From: Nitrospirota bacterium
GTDB lineage: Bacteria > Nitrospirota > UBA9217
DNA: 64,000 nt
Direction of reading: 5' to 3'
NCBI GenBank assembly: GCA_963790205.1
Contig: CAWBNQ010000003.1
Span: 384,001-448,000, forward strand
The position numbers and the translations under genes are program-made. Shown here piece after piece: positions 1 through 10,516 of this stretch. The first letter of the stretch is position 1. Each line of letters starts with the position of its first letter. Under the pieces are notes generated by a model. It was not told the origin of the DNA. It saw only the letters and a program-made list of their open reading frames with translations, and searched no databases.

Positions 1-395
1 TTCTCCATTTCCGCGTTGAAAGCGCCGAGCTGTTTCCGGTATTTTTCCTGCAGCCAGGTCCCGAGCAGATACCGGGCGGTCAGGAAGGCGAGGATCGCGC
101 CGATCGTGGCGCCGATGTCTATATAGACGGTCGCGGACAGTACGCCGAACAGGAAACCGCCCGCGAGGGTCATGATCCCGGCCCCGGGGATCGAGAGGGC
201 GGCGATGACGATGTATGAGACGATGTATGCCGCTACGGACTGAAGGTAATGGTCCCGCACGAACGCAAAGAAGAACTCCCGGTTCTTCTTCAGATTTTCA
301 AAGGTCAGAATATCGCCGATTGGGGAAAGTCGCATGGCGACGATAACGGCAATAAGGAAAAATATGAATATAACTTTTTTATTCCGATTAAGCAT
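1..395 (-). CDS. TVP38/TMEM64 (VTT-domain, DedA-like) membrane protein; 3' end runs off the window
   Basis: Manual translation MLNRNKKVIF...ALSIPGAGIMTLAGGFLFG...GATIGAILAFLTARYL shows the typical VTT motif. Confidence 0.85.
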   Translation of the reverse strand, partial: MLNRNKKVIFIFFLIAVIVAMRLSPIGDILTFENLKKNREFFFAFVRDHYLQSVAAYIVSYIVIAALSIPGAGIMTLAGGFLFGVLSATVYIDIGATIGAILAFLTARYLLGTWLQEKYRKQLGAFNAEME

Positions 396-440
396 GCATA
401 AGAAGTTCCTTCCTAAGAAGTAATCGTTCACAATGATGCT

Positions 441-1205
441 TCATTGCGCGGGGGTGATGAGGAACCCCCACAACTGCTGCCACTTCGCTTCCCGGAATCG
501 CGGCAGCCCGATCGTGATGAGGCGCGTGTCCTCCCTTGACCTGAACGATCGATACAGTCGGTCCCAGACCGAGAGAAGGCTCGTATAGTTCGAGTTGGTT
601 TCAGCTGGTTCCGCCGAATGGTGCACCCGATGCATGTTCGGGGTAACGATCGCCATGCGAAGCAGGCGGTCCCATCGCTCCGGCACGTCCAGATTGCTGT
701 GGTGAAAGAGTGTCGAAAGATTCAGCAGTGCCTCGAAGAAGACGAGTTGGACGAAGCTCATGCCGAGGAGGACGAGCACCGGCATCCGGATGAACGTCGA
801 GAGGACGAGTTCGCCGGGGTGAAACCGGAGAGCCGTGGTTGTGTCCATCTCGATGTCCGCATGGTGGGCCCGGTGAAACCGCCAGAAAAACCCGACCCGG
901 TGGTTCAATCGATGCCAGAGGTACATCCAGATATCGAAAAGCACGAAGACGATCACGGTTTCGGTGTACAGCGAAAAAGAGAACCAACGGGTGAGCCCCA
1001 GTGCGTTGCTCTCGGCCCAGTTTATAACCTGGAGCGTCATTCCCGCGAGAACGAACCTCGTCAGCAGCCCGTTCAGGAGCGCGGTCAGAATATGGGGAAA
1101 GGCATGCCGCAGTCTTGACGTACGGCCGCGGTAATGAGGGACAATGCCTTCGAGAACGAAGATCACGACAAGGGCGATGAAAATAAGGAGCGGCTTTTTG
1201 TCCAT
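441..1205 (-). CDS. Sterol desaturase / fatty acid hydroxylase family protein
   Basis: His boxes HRLNH, HRAHH, HHSN and HRVHH, plus hydrophobic segments. Confidence 0.9.
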   Translation of the reverse strand: MDKKPLLIFIALVVIFVLEGIVPHYRGRTSRLRHAFPHILTALLNGLLTRFVLAGMTLQVINWAESNALGLTRWFSFSLYTETVIVFVLFDIWMYLWHRLNHRVGFFWRFHRAHHADIEMDTTTALRFHPGELVLSTFIRMPVLVLLGMSFVQLVFFEALLNLSTLFHHSNLDVPERWDRLLRMAIVTPNMHRVHHSAEPAETNSNYTSLLSVWDRLYRSFRSREDTRLITIGLPRFREAKWQQLWGFLITPAQ

Positions 1206-1383
1206 TCGGCTCTTTTCGGGAAACGCACGTTCCGCTTTTGATGAACTCGTAAAAAAATATTTACTGAAGAGGACGCGGAGAAGCCGGAAAAAACTTCACA
1301 TTTGAGCGTCTTGTGTCCGCGCCCGGAGCCGGCCCCCGACCCGGTCGGGGGCGCTCTCTCAATGAACTCTCCTTGTTACGATT

Positions 1384-2064
1384 TTATTTTTTTACACAAA
1401 TTTCATTTTTCATAAGATACGTCATGGTCCTCGATTTGTCAAATTCAGTGCCTTTGCTCCGCCTGCAGAGCGCATTCAGGTCCTCCATGGTATCCACGTC
1501 ATTCCACTTCGGGGCCTGATGCATCGAGAGCGCTGAATTTTGCAGTATCGCCTTCGTTTCCTGAAAAACCGTTTCCGTGCTCCAGGGTATCCCCTGGAAC
1601 ACTCGCGGCACAAGCGTATGTTTATGAAAACCGATCAGGTAATACCCTCCATCGGAAGCCGGGCCGATGACCACATCATTCTCCGCAAGCGAGGCCATCG
1701 CCCCCTGAAGCACCGCAGGGGTGAGGTCGGGGAGGTCGCTTCCGATGAGGATGGCGCGTTCAAAACCTTCCGAAAAACACCGGATAAATGCGTTCTCCAT
1801 GCGCTCACCGAGGTCGCCGCCCTGCTGAGGCATGATGCGGAACCGCCCAGCGAGCCAGGAGGACACCTCTGCCCGGGCGTCAGGCGGATAATAGCATATG
1901 CTGAAGGGATAGCCGGTCTTTTTCACCGTATCTATGACATCGAGGATGAAGTTCTTGTAAAGCTCGAGCGCCGTCTCATCGCCTATGACAGCGGCCAAAC
2001 GCGATTTTACCTGCCCCCTGACCGGGGCCTTGATGAAGAGAAGGATGATGGATTTAACGGACAT
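1384..2064 (-). CDS. TIGR04282/DUF2064-family glycosyltransferase-like protein
   Basis: KAPVRGQVKSRL, QQGGDLGERM, IGSDLP, GPASDGGYYLIG, DVDT; start placed at MSVKS. Confidence 0.88.
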   Translation of the reverse strand: MSVKSIILLFIKAPVRGQVKSRLAAVIGDETALELYKNFILDVIDTVKKTGYPFSICYYPPDARAEVSSWLAGRFRIMPQQGGDLGERMENAFIRCFSEGFERAILIGSDLPDLTPAVLQGAMASLAENDVVIGPASDGGYYLIGFHKHTLVPRVFQGIPWSTETVFQETKAILQNSALSMHQAPKWNDVDTMEDLNALCRRSKGTEFDKSRTMTYLMKNEICVKK

Positions 2065-2217
2065 GTACTCAACGCAAATTCCATACGAGCGCAAGATAGT
2101 GAGTCGTACTTTGTATAGAGTATTGCATAAAGAGGGGATCAATTCAAGGGCCAAGTCGGGCATTCGGTTGCTCATGAAGAGCTGAAAGAGATATAATATA
2201 ACCAAGAGGAGTAGTTT

Positions 2218-2448
2218 ATGCCCAGGCAAGATAACATAGAGGTGCAGGGAAAGGTCATCGAGGCGCTGCACGGCGGCCAATTCAAGGTTGAACTGGAGAC
2301 CGGCCAGACAATCGTGGCATATACTGCAGGTAAGATGCGCATACATTATGTCAAGATCGCGCCGGGAGATACGGTGAAGGTTGAGCTGACTGCCTATGAC
2401 CTGACGAAAGGGCGTATTACCTACAGTCTGAAAAAGAAAGCTGCATGA
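2218..2448 (+). CDS. infA: Translation initiation factor IF-1
   Basis: [11 protein letters not shown]...[35 protein letters not shown] gaggag. Confidence 0.93.
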   Translation: MPRQDNIEVQGKVIEALHGGQFKVELETGQTIVAYTAGKMRIHYVKIAPGDTVKVELTAYDLTKGRITYSLKKKAA

Positions 2449-2796
2449 GCACGGAAGAGGCTACATTCCCGCGTATCAAGGATCGTCAAGTTGAATGAGC
2501 ACGATTTCACCAGGACTTTTTTCCGCTTCTTGTTGAAGCCGTGAACGAAGTTCTCAACATCCGCGGTCAGACGAGTACGCCTTCTCCGGCGTCTCGGGGT
2601 TGGGGGAGGGGGCTGTCGGCTCCCATTCAAATTTTGTCTCCACAATTCAAGGTTTTTGTCGTATAATCCCGGTAGTACGTAAGAAGCATATTGAAGCTCC
2701 CCGCAGCAAATGAAGGTTCGTAGAGGCATCCGCGGGGAATGCGCTCACTCCAGAATTCATTGAGTTCCGAAGCCAAGAACCGGTCATATAAAAACA

Positions 2797-3846
2797 ATGC
2801 TGGAATTACTGGAAGAAAAGAAAAAAATCAGGGTCAGCCGTTCTTTGGTGCTGACCCTGGTCTTCGGGGCCTTTGCCCTCGGGATATTCATCGGCGCCGG
2901 TACGCGGGGCTTGTTCGCTCCCGTGCAGGCGGACAAAGACGGGAGCTTTGTCGACAGCAGGGACGAGGAGTTCAAGTTCATACGCGCCTCGCAGGAATCG
3001 AAAAAACCCGAGGACAAGAGCACCAGCAGGGAGCTGAAGCCTTTTCGCTATAAAGTCAACGCCCTTATCGCGGAGAAACTGAAAAAGGGCGAGGCCTCGG
3101 CGATATCTTTTTACTTTCGCGACCTGGTCAACGGAAACCGTTTCGGCATCGGGGAAAACGATAAATTCTCGCCCAAGAGCTTTTTAAAACTGCCGCTCAT
3201 GATGGCCTACTTCAAGTGGGCGGAAACGAACCCCCTTGTCCTTCGCCGAAACCTGACCTATAAGGGCACGGCAAACCAGCCGGAAGCGAAGCATATCAAG
3301 CCGCTCGCAGAGCTTGGGCCGGGCAAGCACTATACGGTCAACGATCTGATCTTCAGGATGATCGCCTACGACGATGACGCCGCCTATTCGCTGTTATTCG
3401 CAAACCTGCCCCAGGGCCGGCTCGACAAGATCTTCAAGGACCTGAACGTTGAATACGATCCTCATAAAGAGAAGGAAGAAGATTCGCTCTCGCTCAGCGC
3501 GCTGGCCGGATTCTACCGCGTTCTCTATAATGCTTCCTATCTCAGCGAGGAGATGTCGGAAAAGGCGCTCCGCTATCTTTCCAAGTCCGCCTTTCGGGAC
3601 GGCATGGCGTCAGGCATTCCGCAGAACATCGAGATCGCGGGCAAGTACGGTGAGTGGACGGTTTCCGCGGCCGCAAATGGCGGTGAGGAAGAGCAATACC
3701 AACTGCATGAGTTCGGGATCATTTATCATCCAAACCGTCCTTTTCTCGTCGGGATCATGGCGCAAGGAGATGATTTCAACAAGCTGATGAAAGTCATGCG
3801 TGATATCACCCGTCTTGTGTACGAAGAAGTGGACCAGCAGTCGTAG
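2797..3846 (+). CDS. Class A beta-lactamase-related serine hydrolase with N-terminal membrane anchor
   Basis: YFRDL, SxxK (SFLK), KYG, HEFGIIYHPNRPF; the SDN position reads DDD. Confidence 0.8.
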   Translation: MLELLEEKKKIRVSRSLVLTLVFGAFALGIFIGAGTRGLFAPVQADKDGSFVDSRDEEFKFIRASQESKKPEDKSTSRELKPFRYKVNALIAEKLKKGEASAISFYFRDLVNGNRFGIGENDKFSPKSFLKLPLMMAYFKWAETNPLVLRRNLTYKGTANQPEAKHIKPLAELGPGKHYTVNDLIFRMIAYDDDAAYSLLFANLPQGRLDKIFKDLNVEYDPHKEKEEDSLSLSALAGFYRVLYNASYLSEEMSEKALRYLSKSAFRDGMASGIPQNIEIAGKYGEWTVSAAANGGEEEQYQLHEFGIIYHPNRPFLVGIMAQGDDFNKLMKVMRDITRLVYEEVDQQS

Positions 3847-3893
3847 TGGTTAACGCGTATTGCGGAATGGCGGGGCGATGACAGGTTGCTTCG

Positions 3894-4637
3894 TTATTGT
3901 CGCGGCTTCTGTTTAAACACTTCTATAAATTCCATATAGGATGTCGAGCTTTCCCCGGTGTCGTCCGAGTCGTTCATGACTGCAATCCGTGCACGCGGGG
4001 GCGGTTTGACGCCGAAGGCCTTCTGGTAATCCGCGGGAATGTCGACCTCCTCGTCCTGCCAGGTACGAACCTTTTTTGCTCCTTTCTCCAAAAAAACCAT
4101 CTTGGCCCTGCTCGTGTACGGGCTGGTCACGATCGTCTCGGGGTCTTCCCTGTTCGCCCAGACATAGCTGAGACTGCTGTGCGGCGGATATTCACCGTAG
4201 AGTTTTTTCAGCAGGCCGTATTTTATCTTCTCGAAGGGCCCGGCCGTGCCCGGGTCGTACTCGAACAGGACATAGACCCGGATGGGATAATCATCGCCTT
4301 CCCTCGTCCGCGGATCGCCTTTACCGTACACATTGCTCACTTTCCAGCGCCATCGCGCCCGGGGATAATCATACACATTAAAGGAATCCTTGTACACGAT
4401 CGCCGAGGCGGAGGCATTGCTCTCAGCCTTGAGGTAATGCCTCGCGCCGACGCGTTCAATGGTATAGATGGTATGGTTCTTTATTTTAGGGAATGTCAAA
4501 GGCTCCCAGTTGTCGAGATTGTTGAAGTCCTCATGGAAAAGAACGGCCTTCTCCTGGGCGCCTGCGGCGGGGGAGAGTAAGGCCAGCATCAGGAAGGCGA
4601 GCATGTGTGCGAACATCGTATGGCGGGTACCGTACAT
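3894..4637 (-). CDS. DUF3047 family exported protein
   Basis: Signal peptide; WRWKV, DDYPIRVYV, YVWAN, MNDSDDTG. Confidence 0.85.
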   Translation of the reverse strand: MYGTRHTMFAHMLAFLMLALLSPAAGAQEKAVLFHEDFNNLDNWEPLTFPKIKNHTIYTIERVGARHYLKAESNASASAIVYKDSFNVYDYPRARWRWKVSNVYGKGDPRTREGDDYPIRVYVLFEYDPGTAGPFEKIKYGLLKKLYGEYPPHSSLSYVWANREDPETIVTSPYTSRAKMVFLEKGAKKVRTWQDEEVDIPADYQKAFGVKPPPRARIAVMNDSDDTGESSTSYMEFIEVFKQKPRQ

Positions 4638-4677
4638 GTATCTGCGTTAATCCCTGTCCATCCGTAATAAAAAGATT

Positions 4678-5433
4678 TCAGGATTTATACCATTTCGCAA
4701 GCCGTTCGGTCGGCACGCCGAGAGCATAAGACAGCTGCAGTGCCCAGTTTCTCAGCGTACAGCACAGGATGCCTTCTTGCTGCCACCGGCGCGCAGAGGT
4801 CATGACCTGCTCGGGGATGATGAAGATTTTATCGCCCCGCTTTCCGATACGCCTCATAAGCTCCACGTCTTCCATCAGAGGGATATCTTTGTACCCTCCG
4901 ATTTTACCAAAATAGCTCTTTCGGATAAAGATCGCCTGATCGCCGAAAGGGACCCTGGTCACCCGGGTGCGGAGGGCGACGTATTTTTCCGTGACTCTGA
5001 AGATGCGCCTCTCGGTACGGATGCCCAGATCGAAGGCGCCTGCAACATACCGGTCATTATCCATCGTCGCCTTCACGCGCACAAGGGCATCGGCGGGAAG
5101 GAACGTATCGGCATGAAGGAAGAGAAGGACATCGCCTGAGGCGAACGATGCACCGCGGTTCATCTGCCGGGCGCGGCCTTTTTCCGCAATCGATGTGATC
5201 ACTCCGCGGTCCCGGATTGCCGTGATCGTGCCGCCCCGCGGATCTCCGTCCACGACGATGATCTCCCGTGCGGCATCAAAGCGCAGCCCGCGGAGATGGG
5301 TTATGAGTGCATTGATTCTCCCTGCCTCGTTTAAAACGGGCAGGATAATGGAAATGGCCGATGTTCCGTTCGCCAAAACGGGGGTTTGCTCCTTGCCAGA
5401 GGTGATAACAGCTATTTCCCGAGCGATGTCCAT
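4678..5433 (-). CDS. TIGR04283-family GT2 glycosyltransferase
   Basis: SIILPVLNE, VVDG, GRARQMNRGA, FLHADT, FGDQAIF, LMEDV, TSARRW. Confidence 0.9.
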   Translation of the reverse strand: MDIAREIAVITSGKEQTPVLANGTSAISIILPVLNEAGRINALITHLRGLRFDAAREIIVVDGDPRGGTITAIRDRGVITSIAEKGRARQMNRGASFASGDVLLFLHADTFLPADALVRVKATMDNDRYVAGAFDLGIRTERRIFRVTEKYVALRTRVTRVPFGDQAIFIRKSYFGKIGGYKDIPLMEDVELMRRIGKRGDKIFIIPEQVMTSARRWQQEGILCCTLRNWALQLSYALGVPTERLAKWYKS

Positions 5434-5879
5434 GCCTCCCTAAGCCTTTCCATCCTTTTCCGGTTCACCCCGAAGTCCGACTTTCCGAGGCGGGAAGCCG
5501 AGCGCACCTGAATGAGTTTCTTGGTATCATCGAAATAGAACTCCGCGTCATCGACAAACCGCCAGAGCGCGCTGGTGAATTCAGCATGGATGTAGGAATC
5601 ATGTTCATCGACGATCCGGGCTCGTTTCATCCCGAGAATGACTTTTTTGAGGTCTGCCATCGCCTGGGGCGCGGACGTGGTATAGTAAAGCGGCTCTACG
5701 GCGTGCTCCTTGTCCGCGCTCTGGCTTGATACGCAGTTCGGAGTAGCGGGGCAGGGGGCGAGCTTGCCGTCTTTGACGCCGAGGTTCGCCGGCCGAACGC
5801 CGGAACAGCCGGCTATAACTACTACGCTTAAAGCGATGCTCACGTACGAGAATGCCGTCATGCCGGTTTTTATCATCAT
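5412..5879 (-). CDS. DUF1499 family lipoprotein
   Basis: Lipobox IAGC; CPATPNCVSSQ, FVDDAEF, RSASRLGKSDFGVNRKR. Confidence 0.9.
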   Translation of the reverse strand: MMIKTGMTAFSYVSIALSVVVIAGCSGVRPANLGVKDGKLAPCPATPNCVSSQSADKEHAVEPLYYTTSAPQAMADLKKVILGMKRARIVDEHDSYIHAEFTSALWRFVDDAEFYFDDTKKLIQVRSASRLGKSDFGVNRKRMERLREAWTSLGK

Positions 5880-6270
5880 GGCCCCTCTCCTGGTTTATAA
5901 CGGTAAGGCGGTTGCCCATTGTTTGCCGCGGTAGCAGGGAGGACTTCTTTTCTCATATCGCAGGAGCGGCTCCTCACCCGCGGTTCGCAGATACTATTAT
6001 ACCGCAGGTGAATGTCGCCGTCCCTTTTTTTTCATGGCAGGTTCGTGATAAAAAATGGGGAAAAAGAATGGCAAAAAGCTTCCGGTCCGGGCCAAGAGAC
6101 GGATGGATGCCTTCCCTCACAGGAGGACATTGTCAAGGAATAGCATGTTGAGACTGTCGCAAAAAGCCGTAGCGGAGGAAGAGGGATGCTGTCCGCAACA
6201 TGCCGATGGCGTCGCGCCGAAGGCGGCAACCATCGTTTCTCTATGATACAATAGTGCTATGAGACTTTCC

Positions 6271-6518
6271 ATGGGACGATTTTCCATAGGGTAGAAAGTT
6301 ATTTTCGTCTTCGGGCTCGGGCTGGCCATCCTTCTGTTCATCAGCGTCATTTCCTACAATAATATATCGGTCATGATCTCCACGGCAGTGGCGCAAGACA
6401 ACGCATGAAACCTTAACGTCCCTGGAGAGCCTGCTGTCCACTATAAAAGATGTTGAAGGCGTACAGCGAGGCTACGTCATTACGGGACAGGAAGACTACC
6501 TGGCACCCTATCACCGGT
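6271..6518 (+). pseudogene. Remnant of a CHASE3-domain sensor (5' part only)
   Basis: MGRFSIG*KVIFVFGLGLAILLFISVISY, then a frameshift, then THETLTSLESLLSTIKDVEGVQRGYVITGQEDYLAPY (CHASE3 RGY..TG...L.PY motif). Confidence 0.75.
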
Positions 6519-6693
6519 TGTGGCTGCGGAGTGTCGTATCAATCTCAGGGCGTCTCCTTCTCACCGCGAGAAAAAATACCGCGTATGTACACGGAAAGAT
6601 AAGAGGGCGCGCTTGCAAGGGAAACCGGGAAACTGTGGAGCTCGCGTGATAACCGCGGATGAAGGCCGGTCTTCGTTCCTGGCCGCTTCGTCG

Positions 6694-7599
6694 TTAGAAA
6701 TTGAACAGCCGTTTATTGATATCGATCGCGGCAACTGCTCCCTCGCCGGCTGCGATCACGGCCTGGTCATTTCCGCTGTTGAGCGGCCCGACGACGTAGA
6801 GACCGTGTACCGACGACTCATAAACATTGTTCACGGTGATTTTAAATCCCTTTGCATCACGTTTCAGGTCGAGGTCTTTGAGAAAGTGATCGTTCAGTTT
6901 GAACCCGAAGTTGGACAAGACAGCCTCGCAGGGTATGCGCGAGCCGTCGTTGAGCTCGACTGCCTCGATGCGCTCTTCACCGATGACTCTGACCGGCTCG
7001 CCCTTGACCAGTCGAATACCCTGGTACTTCAGCTCTTCCTGATAGTCCCCGGGCGGGTCGTAAAAATAAAGGATCAGCGTAATGTCGTCGGTGTACATTT
7101 CCTTCATGGCGAAAGCGAGGCGCACGGATTCTATCGTGTTCCCGACAATGACCAGCTTTTTGCCGGCGGTCTTGTAGCCGTCGCAGTCGACGCAGGTAAA
7201 AAAAGATGTTCCCAGAAAGTTATGAAGGTTGTCGATGTTGGGAAAATTGTCTTTTACGCCCGAGGAAACGATGACGAACCTTGAGCGGTAGAGGACATCG
7301 CCGGCCGCGATCTCGAAATATTCTTTTTTAAGGATTGCGGTCACGAGCCCCTTTTCAATTCGCACGTTGAAGCTCCTCGCCTGTTCCAAGCCGCGCTCGA
7401 TGAGCTCCTTGCCGGGAATGGCCTTCTGCGAAAGGAAATTTTCGATCGATTTCGCGTGCGCGGTCCTTCCGCCGCCCCGGTCGATGAGCAGGACGTCCCT
7501 GTTGAACCTCCCGAGATAGATGGCCGCCTGAAGGCCGCCCGGTCCTGCGCCGACGATGATGCAGGCGTATACGTGGTCTCTGTCCGGTCTTATTGCCAT
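6694..7599 (-). CDS. Thioredoxin reductase-like NAD(P)/FAD oxidoreductase
   Basis: GAGPGG FAD motif, CVDC redox motif, QAVIAAGEG. Confidence 0.88.
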   Translation of the reverse strand: MAIRPDRDHVYACIIVGAGPGGLQAAIYLGRFNRDVLLIDRGGGRTAHAKSIENFLSQKAIPGKELIERGLEQARSFNVRIEKGLVTAILKKEYFEIAAGDVLYRSRFVIVSSGVKDNFPNIDNLHNFLGTSFFTCVDCDGYKTAGKKLVIVGNTIESVRLAFAMKEMYTDDITLILYFYDPPGDYQEELKYQGIRLVKGEPVRVIGEERIEAVELNDGSRIPCEAVLSNFGFKLNDHFLKDLDLKRDAKGFKITVNNVYESSVHGLYVVGPLNSGNDQAVIAAGEGAVAAIDINKRLFNF

Positions 7600-7601
7600 G
7601 C

Positions 7602-8216
7602 TCAACTCCTCGAAAGCGCGGGATCGAGAAAGCCGCACAGCTGTTTTTCAAAATCGTCGAACGTCGTGAAATGGATGGTTTGCAGCCCTGCGCCCTCGGC
7701 GCGTCGAATGTGGTTGATGTTGTCGTCGATAAACAGCGCTTCCCCGGTTTTGACCCCGAGGTTGCCGCAAACGTCCCGGAATATCGACGCGTCTCGTTTG
7801 CTTTTATGGAGCTTGAACGAATTAAAGACCTTGTCGAAATGCCGGGACAGGAACGTTTCCCGGTCGAGTTCGTCAAGCCAGTTGGTCTGGTCGCTCAGCA
7901 TGGCGACCAGGAATCCCCGCGCTTTCAACCGGTCTACAACGGCGACCATTCCCGGCCTGAGAACAAACCGCTTCAGGATCTCCTCCCTGAGTTCCTCATT
8001 GCTTCCGGCTATGCCGGTCCATTCCCGAAGCTCGTTCCAGTACTCGGTTTCACTTGCCCTGCCCGTGAGATAGCTGCTTTCAAAAATGAGAGCGTCGGCA
8101 AGCGTGAAAAACCGGTCCGGGTCGAGGCCGTTCTTTTTGCCGATGGCCTTCAGTCCTTCCCGAAAGCCCTCCTCGGCCAGTACTCCCCCGAAATCAAACA
8201 AAAGCGCTTTCAGCAT
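7602..8216 (-). CDS. HAD-family phosphatase
   Basis: FDFGGVL, LSD, K..., FIDDNINH motifs. Confidence 0.88.
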   Translation of the reverse strand: MLKALLFDFGGVLAEEGFREGLKAIGKKNGLDPDRFFTLADALIFESSYLTGRASETEYWNELREWTGIAGSNEELREEILKRFVLRPGMVAVVDRLKARGFLVAMLSDQTNWLDELDRETFLSRHFDKVFNSFKLHKSKRDASIFRDVCGNLGVKTGEALFIDDNINHIRRAEGAGLQTIHFTTFDDFEKQLCGFLDPALSRS

Positions 8217-8440
8217 CCTTTCCCTCCGGCCCTTCCTGTGAATTGCGCGGTACTTCTGCTTTCTATTATAGCCGTCCTGCCTCAAATAAGGAAGTGACGT
8301 AAAAAACGAGCGCCGGGGCGGCTCGTGAGAAATTTCGTTGTCATTGTCTTTTTTATTATGGTAAAATATCGTCTCGGTAGATAAGACAGTTTTGCGGTTC
8401 TGTCCCGGATCATGAGCTCCGGGAAGAAGGGGAGGAATGG

Positions 8441-9109
8441 GTGAGGCTCCATCGCCGTTACCGATATCTGCTTTTCGCTTTATTGATTGCTGCAGCCCTG
8501 TTTCTCGCCGGGGGAACAGCGATGATCACGCTTTCGCCCAATGCCGAGGAACTGGCGAAGAGTATCAAATTCGACCGTCAGGTCCTGATCATTGCAAAGG
8601 AAGAAACAGGGGCGAGCATCTACCGCCTGATCGGCTATGACGAAAAAGACTATCAGATCGTCGCCGACGGCATCGCCGTAACGGTGCCGGAGGACCGGAC
8701 CGATAGGGCCCTTGCCTCGCTGAGGAAAAAGCTCGCCCCCCTGAAGTATATGGCCTTTGTGGTAGAGATGAACGCCGGCATCAAAACCGACAAGATCGGC
8801 ATCCTCAAGGGGACCGATCAGTACGACATCCTCAAGGTCATGCATACCGACGGCGATGATTACGATATTTCGAATTCAGACGTGATCGAACGGCTGCAAG
8901 AGTGGGAGAAAAGCTCTCCCTTCGACATCATGGGCGCCGACAACGATTGGGTGGAGATAGAGTTCAAAACGCTGCCGAAGGACCTCAAGGCCTTTGCCGA
9001 AGAGGTGTACGACTTCTGCCCGGATGCCGTGGAACAGGGGCCGGGGAGCGTCGGCGGGCTGGTCGCGGAGATAGAACGGACAAAGCGGCTGTTCTTGTGG
9101 TGGGATTAG
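8441..9109 (+). CDS. DUF4253 domain protein
   Basis: C-terminal AEEVYDFCPDAVEQG...LFLWWD. Confidence 0.85.
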   Translation: MRLHRRYRYLLFALLIAAALFLAGGTAMITLSPNAEELAKSIKFDRQVLIIAKEETGASIYRLIGYDEKDYQIVADGIAVTVPEDRTDRALASLRKKLAPLKYMAFVVEMNAGIKTDKIGILKGTDQYDILKVMHTDGDDYDISNSDVIERLQEWEKSSPFDIMGADNDWVEIEFKTLPKDLKAFAEEVYDFCPDAVEQGPGSVGGLVAEIERTKRLFLWWD

Positions 9110-9150
9110 GCAAAGGGCCGTAGGGGGCCCCGGGTATGACTCTGAGAAAT

Positions 9151-9184
9151 AAAAAAAGCAGGCGGATTTTTTTCCGTCTGCTTT
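9151..9184. terminator. Bidirectional intrinsic terminator
   Basis: aaagcaggcgga/tccgtctgcttt stem with flanking A and T runs between convergent genes. Confidence 0.7.
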
Positions 9185-9247
9185 AAATTCTTGTTGCTCG
9201 CAAGATTACTTTTTCCGCTCGGTATAATGAATTAGCGGTATAGGTAA

Positions 9248-9463
9248 TTACTTTGCTGCCGGGGCCGCTGCTTCTTCCTTCTTCTTCTTTGCTTTCTTGG
9301 CCATCTTCTTTTTTGCCTTTTTTACTTTCTTGGCCTTCTTGTGCTCAGCCTTCTCCGCCTTTGCAGGAGCAGCTGCCGGTGCCGGCGCCGCCTCCTCTGC
9401 GAATGCTACGCCGAGGGTCAGAGCGAATGCCATTGCCGTGAACAATGCGATGATCTTTTTCAT
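9248..9463 (-). CDS. Small secreted Ala/Lys-rich low-complexity protein
   Basis: Signal peptide ending AFA, then a KKAKK-rich tail; RBS ggaggtg. Confidence 0.75.
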   Translation of the reverse strand: MKKIIALFTAMAFALTLGVAFAEEAAPAPAAAPAKAEKAEHKKAKKVKKAKKKMAKKAKKKKEEAAAPAAK

Positions 9464-9988
9464 TAGGTTTCACCTCCCTTCCTTCGTTAGAATGCCTAAC
9501 TGTAACAAATCAGCGTCCAGATGTCAAGGGGAATTGCTTTTCCAGGTATTCTGGTATTATGGTCAATTATGCAATACGCCTGATTGCCGACAAATGTGCC
9601 ACTCTTTTTCTCTGTTTGAGACGCTGGTATTCAGCTTCAGTTTAAGCAGAATCAAGAAAATAAGCCAAGGTTGACCGAACCTGCTTCTAACTCTTCTCCC
9701 TCGGGCCGCGGTTTGCCCGGGACAAGCGGTATTTACTGATCATCTGACTTGACTATTGGACCAATTGAGATAAACTTGAAAGTGATCCGTGTCTGGCGAG
9801 AAAGGAAGGGGGGGGTAGCGCGATGGTCCTTCATCCTCCGCGCGCTCATCGGTCTTTCCCTCGTAAACCCCCTTGCTCCACATAAAATGTGAATTTCAGT
9901 AAGAGGCGATAAAAAACAATCACATTCCCGTTCATCCTATATTTTGTTTTCGTGACTATCGGGCTTGAGCAACAGCGGGGTAAACAGA

Positions 9989-10504
9989 ATGAAAATATCG
10001 TGGCTTCTCGGCGGGCTGGCCGCTGCGGCGCTTGCCCTTATCGCGGTCCTGGCGTTCCTGTACATTCTGCCGCTGGACCTTTGGGACCGCTCTCCTGTCC
10101 AACCGATCGCCTTCAGTCACAAAATCCATGCCGGTGACAACGGCATTCCTTGTCTCTTCTGTCATCGATATGCTCCCAAGTCTCCGGTAGCCGGCATTCC
10201 GGCAGTCGCGGACTGCCGGGCCTGCCATCTGTTCATTGCCAGGGACGCTCCTGAAATAAAAAAGCTGACGGCATACTGGGATAAAAAAGAACCTATCCCC
10301 TGGGTCAGGGTCTACTGGGTGCCGGACTTCGTCTATTTCCCGCACATGATGCATATCCGCGCCAATCTTGTTTGCAGCGAGTGCCACGGGGACGTGGCAG
10401 ACATGGCGCGCGTCACTCGGACGCGTAAGATAGAAATGGGCTGGTGCCTCAACTGTCACCGGCAGCATAGGGCTAGTATCGATTGCTGGACCTGTCATAA
10501 ATGA
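9989..10504 (+). CDS. actA: Membrane-anchored pentaheme cytochrome c (ActA/QrcA-like)
   Basis: Five CxxCH motifs, QPIAFSHKIH, PIPWVRV, FPH..H. Confidence 0.85.
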   Translation: MKISWLLGGLAAAALALIAVLAFLYILPLDLWDRSPVQPIAFSHKIHAGDNGIPCLFCHRYAPKSPVAGIPAVADCRACHLFIARDAPEIKKLTAYWDKKEPIPWVRVYWVPDFVYFPHMMHIRANLVCSECHGDVADMARVTRTRKIEMGWCLNCHRQHRASIDCWTCHK

Positions 10505-10516
10505 CGCGTTTGTAAC

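Noticed and set aside
2421..2729. 102 aa minus-strand ORF
   Set aside because: Starts inside a repeat element, overlaps the end of infA and has no recognisable motif
6140..6240. IS end or riboswitch
   Set aside because: Only a short hairpin; no partner inverted repeat, transposase or recognisable aptamer
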